Shown: in pieces, positions 13,101 through 25,400 of the stretch
How positions within the stretch are numbered: position 1 is the first letter of the stretch
How the letters are laid out: each line of letters opens with the position of its first letter
DNA from: Podarcis cretensis
Taxonomy: Eukaryota
Direction: 5' to 3'
Assembly: GCA_951804945.1 (NCBI GenBank)
Contig: OX638151.1
Span: forward strand, 60,016,001 to 60,080,000
Length of the DNA stretch: 64,000 bases
Made by a program: the position numbers and the translations under genes
The notes under the pieces: generated by a model
Database searches by the model: none
What the model was told of the DNA's origin: nothing
The model's input: only the letters and a program-made list of their open reading frames with translations

Positions 13101-16100
13101 CATACAGTGTCCAAACTGATAATAATGTGAAACACGGTGATTAAAAAACAAGAACCTAAGAAGAAAATTTCATGTCTTATTTCAATAGATTTCCCATGGT
13201 TTTAAATGAGAAGAACATAAAAGTGGCTCCAAGTAGATGGAAAAGCATTTTGCTTACATGCATTAAATACTGTCAAATTTTGGAATACAATGGAAATTAA
13301 ATGGACTCCCCCCTACTTAGTAGTTCGGTCACTGTATGTGTTTCTTTTTCCGCAGCCTTTTCAAAAATTGTAAACATCATTAATACAGGCTTTGAACAAA
13401 CACTTACCTAACTCAGGTTTCAGTTCAGTTGGTAAGCTTAATTTTCTAGACATCTTTGCTGAAAAATAACGTATAGTTTTATAATAAAGCTAGAATGATC
13501 ACATTTTAAAGAGTTTATGAAACTAAGAATTTAAGCTGTTGGTTTCCAAAATAAGAAATCATATACAACAGTTGTAAGCAAGGAAGGTATGCGCATTTAC
13601 ACATATATTTGTAACAGGTTTTAGTGACAAGTGTGCAGTCAGAGTATGGCAGTGTACCTTCTTTGGAGTTATGAACAGTTAGGAACATTAGTAGTTAAAA
13701 TTCTCAGAATCTCTGATGTCTTTATTGTAGTGCACTGCAAGTCATTATTTTGTATGATTTCCCTGGCACTAAATGGATTTAACAATTGAGTCAAGTTTAC
13801 TTAAGCCTCTTTCCAACCACCTCCCCCAAACAATGGAATACTAACACTACAAAAAGAAAACCGCTGAGCCACAAAAAATTGATAAATTTTAGAAAAATTC
13901 ACAGAATTACACTGTAAAGTTAAAGACCACAAGAGTGGCTGTGGCTACTGGGAATATATTGGAGACAAATTTGTATAGAAAATAAGTTCATGAACTATGT
14001 TCCTGTGGAAGGACTCTTTTCTCCACTGATGAGGCCAAGTTAGCCAGAACCACCATTGGCAGAGGGCAACTCCATCAAGCCCCTACCTGCAAGGAATCTA
14101 ACTGCTGTCAAACAGCACTGTTCAACAGAGGGAAGAACCATGTGGAAGAAGCATCCCTGACCCAATTAGGGTACCGTTGCTCCTCTAGTTGGGCGGGGAC
14201 AGTGTGCAGGTGCTTCCAGCCTATCCCATTGTCAAGGCAGAGACAAACAGAACCTGAAGCAGTCTGGTCCTGTGCTCTAGAATACATCTACATGTGGAAG
14301 CCAACCCTGCTGAGAATGCAAACAATAAGATTCATACATATTTGTAAGCTGTCTTGACATATGCAAACCACTTTAAGATTTTTTTGTTGAAAAGCAGGAT
14401 ATAAATGTTCTAAATAAATAAAACAAGGTAATACTATGCTGCAAGTAAACTGGACAGAAAAGTGAGAAGGTGATGGAACAGTCAAAGAACATACTGTACT
14501 AGTTGATACCTAAACTCCAAATATAGCTGGAGAAGCCTGTAATCTTTAGGACTGGTGAGCCTTTAAGACTACATTTCCCGTACAAACTTGCTCAAATGCC
14601 CCACTCTGAACCTGAGGCCCTTCCTGGGGTCTTTTCATTGACGGTGTCTAAAAGTATGCAATTCCATCTTCAGGAAGGTTTGTTTGGCTCTCCTTTCTTT
14701 CAATAGGTTAAGATCATTTTGTTTAGATGTGCTTAAAGTGGGGTGGTGGGGGAGACAGGAGAAAGGGTTGCTGCTGTTTTGTTTGTTTTTAGTTTGTTTT
14801 ATACCGGTTGTTGTAAGATGCGGTTTTAAATTTTATTTTGTTTTATGTGATGTAAAATTGTTATGCTTTATGTTTTGTTTGTATGGTATTGATTTTAACC
14901 TTGCTAGTTGAAAAACCAGTTCTGAGAGATTTAGTGTAGATTTTAATATGGTCACATATTACACTTAGATATCATTTTGAACAAGTTGATTTTTAAAGGC
15001 CACTTACAAGTATGATTTTTAAAATTTTGCTAGTTTTGCATTTGCTTGGTAAAAAACGTATTTATTCATCCAGGTCACAGTGGAGACCTTGACAGCCATA
15101 GGAGAGACAGACAACGACACATGCACACACAAAGAAAATTTGTAGCCATATTAAAAATGCAAGCAAATTTCAGTGAGTTCTGAAGACCTGATCAGAAAAA
15201 TATATAAAGACACTCATTATTACTGGAGTATTTTAATCCATCTCACCATCAAAATTGCACTCCACATCAGCCAATAGTAAGTATTCAGTGAAAGGCACCA
15301 CAACAAACAGCTCTCAAAGAGCCCCAGACAAATCCCATCTAGGACGCATCAAACCCCAAAGCTTTAGATCTCATCAGATAGGGACAATGCACACATGCCT
15401 ACAGTAGGAATGTTACTGGTGTTTTCAATGAAAGTAGCTCACTAAACACAGATCTCAAGAACTCTAGATAAAAGCAAATAAGAAATTAAATTCTTTTAAA
15501 TCAAAGTCACCACTCATTGTTTAAAATAGGCAGCCACTATCAGAAGAATCTACCTGAGAAGGCCAAACATAACATCTAAAAAGTCTGGTACTGAATTATG
15601 ACCAATACAGATTTAAAATTGTACCAAGAAACATGACCACAGAACATAAGCAGGTGATCTAATCCTGCTCACTGAAAACACTGACCTTTGCCATAGAAGC
15701 AGCAATTGTTATGGACAAATTAGTATAATTCACACAGTACCTCTCTTGAAAGGAGTTCATAAATTATAATTATTGGGCATATCAGCCTAGCATGTAGATA
15801 AAACTGACACAGTGAGAACAGCATATAAGCAACAACTCAGAGGGTAAACCAATTGTCTCTTTTCCTTTACTCCTTTGCCACGCCTGCAGAATTTGTACCA
15901 TACCAACTTAACTGCAGTTTAAATCAGTAGGCAAAATTAACTAGCTATACATGTAATGGTGCCTGATTAATTACAGGAACCATTTTGAAAGCAGTTCATA
16001 TAGTTAATCATCTCTAGCAAAACAGTCACCTGCAGTCCACACCAACAGAAAATACCTTCTACTGAGGAGAAGGGCTTGCTTGTGGTTCCCCGTGTTTATG

Positions 16101-19100
16101 ACACAGTTTCAGAAGATATTTGGGAAAACTAATAGTTATTTCCCTAGGCAACTCTCTTCTATTGCTGTGGGTTTATTTTCTGCTTACTTTATTATTTATC
16201 TCTTTTTATGTTGCATGAATTCTGTTCAACACAAAATTGAGATAAATCATCTTAAAATAACAATAATTTTAACGTTCTTTGTATGCTTTTTTCATTTCTG
16301 CAAGCCAAACAGCTGAATTTTTGTGTGCCTTTGAGTCTCCTCCAAATACATCCTTGCTATGGTGGGTGAGGCCCAGAGAAAAAAGGAAGCCAGCCACTGC
16401 AGAGCTGCCCAGCCTGGCACTGAAAGATGAGGTCCTTAAAGTCAAAGTAGATCAAATTTCGGAAATATTGTGCCCACCACAGAGTCACCTGGCACACTAC
16501 ATCTCCGTTCAGTGCCTAGACTGTTAAAGCAAGAATACTGAGCCTACCCAGGAAGCAGCTCACCTGGTCCAGAACAATTGGTTTCCCCCCAAGGTCCTCT
16601 CACTTAAATGGGTGGCTCTGCAGCATCCTTCCTCCAGCTGGCAGCCATCTGCTGCTGCTTGCACCATAGGTTCATGGGGTGGGGAACAGACTGCCTACCC
16701 AGGAGGTGCAGGGGCTGGAGGAACAGATCACCTGCCCAGGGGTAAATCTTGCACAAGTCCTGGATAATCTGAATACCTGTAGAAGGAGCATGACAAACTT
16801 CCTGGACTGTCCAAAGGAAGTCTGCAAGACTGCTATTCTGTCTTATCTTAAGATAAAGCTGATAAAAAAAGTATGAATAATTGTCATGAGCCAGACTTAA
16901 CCTCTAGGAGCCCTCTTGATAATATGCCTCCTCTTTGTATACAGAGTAACTAAGATTACACTCTTTGAAGTCTTTCTGCTGGACATAGCAGAGGCTACTT
17001 TCAAAAGTGGTAATTTGCCAAAGATTTTCTTTGTCCTATTGCATCCATGCAGAGCCTTATGGTGGATTTATTCCAGAGGTCAATGGTCTTCTGTTCCCTC
17101 ATTCATCCAGAAGTTAGAATCTTCTGTAACCAAGTCAGACATTTTCACTAGTCACTTTGCAGATAAAATGCTCACATTGTTCTAACCTTTGTGCCACAAT
17201 TAGAGCAGAGTCTGAACTACAGGTTGCTCTTCCTTGGATTTAGCTTTGCCACTATCTCACGGCGATAGGATGTTTGGTAAGGCACATGTGCCATAGGCTA
17301 GCATCTCAAGCGGAGAGAGGAGGGAAGTAATCTTTTCTTGCCAGTATCAATCACTGCCATTTAATGCAGCAGACCAACCAATACCACTCGTGTCCCTGGG
17401 TGCTGGTGGAGTTGTGAGGCAAACCTTCAGTTTCTCTCCCTCCTTTGTTATTTCTTTTTCTCTTTTGACTGCACACAATGGCAAAGCAGCAGATTTTTAC
17501 CTGGAGGTAACTGGTGCTGCATACAGGTGTGTCATGCATATCATGAAGTAACACAGCTGGAGAACTAGTGGCATGATGGCAACATCCAACTCCATCCACA
17601 GTTTGTCTCTGAAAATGAACCTAATACTTTTGACTAGCATATCTAGCACACATCAGTAAATTTGTGGCATCTTCTAGGATTCTTTTTACAGACACTTATG
17701 CACCATGCCACACAGGCTGGTTGGTTAGTTACACATTATACAGGTGCTTCCTTTAATCATGGAACTGCTTGTAGGTGACAGTTTTTGTGAGAGTGAATCT
17801 CCCCGTCATTTCCTTTTTACTCTGCTACTAAATTAAGCCAAAAGACAGCAAGTAGAAACTTCCTTAATTTGAGAAGCTTCTGGTTTTATTTCCCAACCAT
17901 ACTAGAACAGTATGGCTGTGACTTCTTTGTGGCTGGATACCTCATTGCTCTCTTGACATCTGAATGAAAGCAGCACATAGAATGGGCATCACAGTATCCT
18001 AGAAGCCAGTCCTGTTGACACAGGAAGCGTAACAATGGAAGAGAAGCACTTAATTTGTAGTGACTTGCAGACAACTTGCAGATTAACAGATATGTTGATT
18101 GTTTCAACACATTAAAACTAAATCTATAAAATTCCCTTTGACACCGAATGTTGTGATAAACTCAAGATATTAAAGAAGAAACATGATCAAGAAAATAACA
18201 ATTAGACAACATGCTGTAAATATGCAAATTTAGAAGAGAGATAAGCCACTGTGGTTACTGTGAAATATATATTGTTACACATAATTAGTAAAATCTCACT
18301 ACAAATAAACAATTAGATAGAAATAATGGCAAATGGGAGGAAATCTGCTAAGTAATTTAATTTCCATTCAAACAGATGACCAATAGGTTTAACAGATGTA
18401 CTCTAAAATAAAAAGCAGAACAACTATATCCAAGCAATAAGGTTATTTCTTATGTTCTTACAACAGAAGGGTTCAATCCACCTTATGCACGTACTGCAAA
18501 CTTGGTAAGTAATTTGCAATTTAATTGTCAGTGATCAAAGATCAGTTAGCAACAAGGATTCAGAGAGAATACACTTATTGCTGAAATACATGAATTAAAA
18601 TGTTATGTACTTTATTCCCAAGAAGCTAAAACCATTGTTCCTGCATTTCAGAATTAGCGTTAACACTTTGAGAACCTATGTTAAAACCATTTTATACGGC
18701 AATGCTCACAGGATTGAACCCTTTCAGTATTTCTGAATAGAAACCAAAACCTTTGTAGAAGGATGTGCATATACAATTAGAGAAAATTAAGAGCCCAGTC
18801 TCTTGGATTGTGTTAATAATTGAGCACAGTATATTAGCAGAGAAGCAGCCCAAAGGAACACCACTTATGGTTAGGAGAATATTAATTTAACAAATATAAT
18901 GCAGCTTGCTTTGTTTTGCTGCAGAGTTAAGCGCTGCATAGAATAAGGTCCCAGGTAAGGAGCAAAGGAGAATTTTTCTAGTTCCTACCTATATCATTGG
19001 CTACCATCTTGGAAAACTTTCTGCTTTTGGTCTTCACTGCAAATAATATTTCAATACAAAATGTCAATTTACTAAAAATATGAGCTAATGAAAATTTATG

Positions 19101-19955
19101 ATAATTCTCTTAAAAATAAAAATACTATACCCTTTTCTATAAAATTATTCATTTTTTGATCATCATCAGAATTGTTGGGAGAACCAGAACCTAAATGAGT
19201 GAAGATAAGAATGAAAGGGACATACGAAATGGATATTAACAAAAAAGGATGCATACAAAAAAATTATGACAGATGACAAAATGAGAAAGACTATATATCC
19301 TAATCCATATCATATGCAACAATAAACCCCTAAATAAACACCTCTTTGGGTATTATGGATGATTTATAATTTCAGGCTTTTTTCCTGCAAAAAAAGAGGG
19401 GAGTATTCACCTATATCTCCTGCTTTATGCATAAGGACATCTACATTTGAGACAGATAACTTTTGCGTCTTCCATGTTTCACTTTCATCATACACAGCTT
19501 TAATTTTTTGAACTTATGCTGGTGTTACAATTTTCTAGTACAGATGAGACCATACAACCAAAGGAAAGCATAGAAGATACAGATTTTCTGATGGGAATTG
19601 GGAAATGGGAAACAAAACAGTCTGGAAAGGTTGCTTGTGTTCAGATTAACAAAAATATTCACATGATAATAATAGCAGGGATTCTAGTTCACATTTTAAA
19701 TGTCAATTTTTGTATTATCAATATTGCCAAAATAATTCAGAAGAAATAGCTTCATTAAGGTCTAAGGTGTGTTCCAGTGCACTTATCTCTGTGATAACAA
19801 ATGAAAATACAGCTACTTTTGCCAATTCTCTGTATTTCAATCCAAAAGTGAAAAGATTTGAAGTGTGGTTGTTTTGCTATTAATTACTTTAAAAACTAAT
19901 TGGAAATAACATCCTTTGTTTACCTGTAAAAGTGAATTTTGTAAATAGTTTTCTG

Positions 19956-19995
<40 letters not shown>

Positions 19996-22403
19996 TTATT
20001 TGTACCCCGCCCATCTGGCTGGGTTTCCCCAGCCACTCTGGGCGGCTTCCAACAAAGATGAAAAATACACTAAAATGTCACATATTAAAAACAGGGCTGC
20101 CTTCAGATGTCTTCTGAATGTCAGGTAGTTGTTTATCGCTTTGACATCTGATGGGAGGGCGTTCCACAGGCCCTCTGCCTGGTTCCCTGTAACTTGGCCT
20201 CTCGCAGTGAGGGAACCATCAGATGGCCCTCGGAGCTGGACCTCAGTGTCCGGGCAGAACGATGGGGGAGGAGACGCTCCTTCAGATATACTGGACCGAA
20301 GCCGTTTACATATATTTATCATGTTTTAACTAAGAACATAAAAAACCTTCCCTCCCTTCTCTATGCATACCAACATGGTACAGATGAAAATAAAAATGAT
20401 ATACGAATTATATCAGGAACTACTACTTTCAATAAGAATATTTGCTGAATTCCTTGGAAATATTACATTCATTCTCTTCTAGTGATGGGAGGCACTCTCC
20501 TCCCTTACCCAAGTCAGATTCATGATTGGGTTCAGCAAATTAATACACAGGATTAAAAAATTGTGGGCTTAAAGTACACAAAAAGCCCCTGTTCACACTC
20601 CTGTGGTGGCATTGTAAGCCCCCCTCCCCAGCTTGCTTCCTGGATTCTGTGATTATGATGATTTTGCTGCTGCTGAAACAGCAGTCAGGGAAGCAGAGGG
20701 AGGAGTTTTTTTTGCTAGGTCCAATTAAAATCTAATCCACTGAAAAAGTCTCAACTCCTATTTAAGAAAAAGATAACAACTTGCCAAGCTGCATATCTGA
20801 AATAAAGATTGTAAAGTTTGATGAAATCACTACTCACTCCTTGCTTCCTATTCTTATACTACTTTCCACCCTGTTGGTTAATTTTACTATAACAGCAGCA
20901 GAAGTGACAAAAGTGGGATGACCTTTTCCCACTTAAATTACCTCTGGCAAAGAACAACGAAAGCTCCTACAAATAAAAGATCGTGATGAGAGTAGGAGTT
21001 AGAACACATTTCTACTGTGAATAATCTCTTCTTGAAACAGATAGCCCAAGAGACATAAAACACATTCCCCTTATAATATAGTATTTCCTATAGTAATGCA
21101 TTCTAAACACTGTAAATAATGAACAATGACAAATATATAAGAATGGCTTTGAGGCAAACCAAGTATTCAGCTGTATGTACTTGTCTGAATTGTGTATATT
21201 TGAGAAAACCCCTGTAAAGTTCAGTGTCATAGTAAAAATCCTTCTGGAGCATGAAAACAAAAGAGAAGAGAAGCCCGCTACAAGGCGTTTTGAAGTACTA
21301 TTTGTTCTAAAGCGTTTCCAAGAACAGTTCATTACCTGAGGTGGGTGACTTGCAACGATCCTCTTGTACAGCTGTACCTTCATTAATATCACAAAGACCT
21401 GCTGTAAAATACAAAGAACACAACAGGTTTCAACAGCTGTGGACCACTTCTAATTCTTGACACAAACATGACACATAAGGTATTTTTGTGCCCACTGGGG
21501 AAACAATCAAATCCGATACTTAATTATATTTTTAACTAAGCGTTTTGACAAACGTGTTTTGCTGTTCAAAGTATCAGTGTTTCTTCTTTGGGGAACAGGA
21601 TGATTATGAAGATTCAGGGAAAAGGGGAGTTGGTATAGATGTGCATGAAAGCCATTTTTCTATGTAATATATGTGATTAATGCAAAATTAATGCAAAATT
21701 ACCTGTATTGTAAACAGGTATATTACAAAGAAAGGTAACCAAGTTGAATATAAGAATGAACATGTAAGGACAAATAGATTACATTTAAAAACCACCACAG
21801 ACTATAAAAAGCAAGCTAGAATTAGTAATATTTAACATGTTTAAGTATTTGCCTACCAGTGTCGTCAAAACAGATCAAATTTTGATGAAAGGCCTAAAAA
21901 TATATACGTCAAATATATTGATCTATTTGATAACCTGTGCCCTTCTAGGCCCAAGACTAGGCCCAAAACCACTAATTTCAGAAAACACTATGGTGGTGAA
22001 AAATCCAGGACTGTGGTGGTTGCTTGGAACTCTTGCTCAATCAAAGTGACAGTCAACATGTGATTTTGGCATCTAGACCGTTGATTAGGATAAAGAAAGC
22101 ACTGTATCCACTACAAAACCGAAGTAGCAACAACAGGCATCACTACAGATGATGAAATACTTGGGCTGCTTTGGAAGGAGATGCTGTTATGAAAGGTGCT
22201 GAAGTGTAAAGGTGACACTGAAAGGCAGAAGTACAAAGCCTCACAAAGCCTCATGTCAATCTGTCGTTTGTTATCTTATAGTTCTAGGTTTCTCTAGGTC
22301 CATGGGCTTTGCAATAAACAAGGCTGTCCATAATGTTGCTTGCTAAGCACTGAAGAGCTCTTGATTTTCTTTGTAAAATCACAGGAGTGGAGGCTTTCTT
22401 AAC

Positions 22404-22449
<46 letters not shown>

Positions 22450-25400
22450 TGTGTGTGTGTGTGTGTGTGTTAGTTATAAATAAAACTACATTATTCTACT
22501 TTAATATCTAGAACTCTTCAGAACTCCACAGGCAGCTAGGCAGCCTCATGCTGGAAGACCTATCAGAGATCTGTAAAACCTATGAGAGGATACACACAAG
22601 CATTGGAAAAGTTGATGTGGCGAAAAAAAGAGAAGCAAAAGTATTCCTGACAAAGAGCCAGATTTAGATTTCCTATTATAATATTAGTTATTATTATACA
22701 CCATTCACCATAAGGCCCTTGTTAAAAACAGTTAAAACAGATTACATCTAAAATATGTATCTCAGGTATCAAAGGCCAGAGTAAAGAGGTATGTTCTAAA
22801 TGAAATCCCAGCCAGTAACCTGGCTATTGTATTTTGGACCAGTTGCTGTTTCCAAGTCATCTTCAAAGGCAGCTCCACATTGAGTATATTGCAATAATCC
22901 AGCCTGGAAGTTATCAGTGGATGGAGTATGATGATCATGCTATCTCAGTTCATAGGGGGCTATAGCTGTAAACCAGTCAAAGCTGGAAAGAGGTATATCT
23001 AAGCATCAAGGACAACTGAGCCTCAAATGACAATACTGGATCCTGGACTATCCTCCCCTCCCAAGCTGTGCAGAACACGCCATGCCCCCCACATCCCGGA
23101 CTCAAAAACTTAGAACACATAATACCTGTGTTTTCAGGATTCGCCTTCAACTTATTGGGCCAATCCCACCCATCATTGTCTCCAAGCATTGGTCTAGCAC
23201 CCACATATTGGTGACACCTCACATCAAAACCCCTGATGAGAGCTCCCAGCATTTTCAGATAGATGTTACATAGCATGGAGGACAAGATGAAACCTACAGC
23301 TCCACTCACATGGTGCCAAACAATGGTCCTCCCCAAACTACTCTCTGGAAACAGCCCTAGAAGCAGGAACAGAACCAATGAATTGCATTGCCCTCCATTA
23401 CCCTCCATAGCGAAGAGAGAACAGAGAGCTTCATTTCACAGAGCTGCTCAAAACCTGAATTACAGATTAATCCAGAGACCACAGACCAACACAGAGAGAT
23501 AGAAATTTTAAGAAATGCACAGTACAATACTGGGGCCAGTACACACCCTGCCATTTGCAATTACACCTTTGTAGTTCAGACATGTCTGCACTTGCACCCC
23601 AAGAACAGGTAAGGTCACTTTTACTTGAATGAAACGTACGGCATGTATGATATTGTATCATAATTTAACTATACAGTGAATTCTTAATGAGTGCCTGGCT
23701 TTAAGTCCAGCACAGCAGGAGACACGCCTAAGCCTCTTTTGCAAAGTTCACATTTTGAATTTTGCCATTTACGGAGGGGATGCTTTAAAATTCACCCACA
23801 CTTATTGTGTAGAAGTATTTGCAGAAAATCACTTCTAGGCAGTATCTGATCTCAGGAGAGCCCACCACAAGAAAGAGGCATCCTGAACACCAGGAAAAAA
23901 GGAAGGATAAACTTCGGAGATTCCAGGGACTACTAGCAAATAAGACAAGCAGGAAAAGTGCACTAAATGGAAAGGAGAAACAGAAGGCTTTCCCAGCAGG
24001 ATAAATGGGTCTTTATAACAAGTTTTAGGTTTGTTTTAAATTGATTTGTTTTTGTGTTTTTAACCATTTTAAATTATATGTAAATCACCTTGAGACAGTG
24101 GTTTAGAAGGTGATTAATAAATTAACTGTAATACCAATACTAATATTGTCTGGTGTCCATACAACACACTCAACAATCACAGCTCTGACTTCACTCGCTG
24201 GCTAAAAAGCACTGACAGAGGCAGCCAGGCTAGCTCATTTCACAGAAATTGCTTAGAAGGATAACTGTACATTTTTGCATCATAACTTTCTTTCCAGGAG
24301 GGTTAGAGATTTACTTTTTTATTAAAAATAAAAAGGAAAGTTCAGTGTCTTGGTCCTTCGTCCAAGGGCACCAATGAAGGTCTTTGTGGGCACCACTGCA
24401 CATTTGTGACTTGTATTCTATTATCTACTAATGCCACTTTTTTTTACTGTTGCTTGCAAAATAGATGAAGGATGTAATCTGGATCTTATTGTACCCAATA
24501 TTCCATACTGATAGTATCTCAAGTAACACTCTATAATTATATTAATATAGAATTAATCTCTGCCGATATGTTAGTGAAAGAAGCTGAAAAGTAAAGGCTA
24601 TGGTAAAATATTCTGGGTGACGAATGCATATAACCTAATCAAGTGGATGTTAAAACACTTTATTCTTATGAGATGACTTACTTATATAAGAGGTGCGAAG
24701 TTTTTTCACAGACTCTGAATATAAGTTAGAGAGGCCACACATGCAAGAAGCCACAGCCAGCATGCCTTATTGAAGCAATGAGAAAGGAAAGACAAAAACA
24801 CCAACACAGTATATTTGGAGAAAGAAAAAAAATCTACATAAAAACTTTAAGATCCAAGCAAACAATGTATTTGTGGGAAATTGTTAGACAGCAACTGAAA
24901 TACAACAAATCATGCATGTGCCAGAATTCACACAGTGTAATATAATTTACTTGTTGTCTTACATAATATTTATAAAATTTTCCATTAATACTAACAATTT
25001 AATGACAAAACAAACCTATCCCTACTCAGCTGTTTAACTGTTTCATTTAAGAGGATATATTACTAATATTATAAAATAGCCAGACTTACTTGTACTTATT
25101 CTTTTAATAAAACTACAATTATTTAATCATCTTTAATATGGAACTACCAGGAAAGGCAGGTAGGAGGAGCCATAATTGCTGCTTATTCAACAGCCATAAA
25201 TAGTTTTACAACCATTACGAAGTGGTAATTCATGGAATATTGCAGTTTATATCTGAAACATTCGCAGTGTTCCATGTGGCTATTTTAGTAATTCATAATT
25301 GCATATAAGTACACAAAAAGTTCCATTGGTTGCTACCAGAAGAGCAGATCTTCAGTGCCTGATGAATGTTATTGGTTGAATATTGGTTCCAAAGGCAGGA

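Noticed and set aside
14027-14050. CTGATGAG followed by GC-rich bases, resembling a hammerhead core
   Set aside because: No proper stem II and no GAAA; the same applies to ctgatga at 23233 and 51872.
25090-25112. 23-nt segment with a gtaagt donor and ttgtag acceptor
   Set aside because: Poor pyrimidine tract, frameshifting, and no supporting motifs; such pseudo-exons are common.
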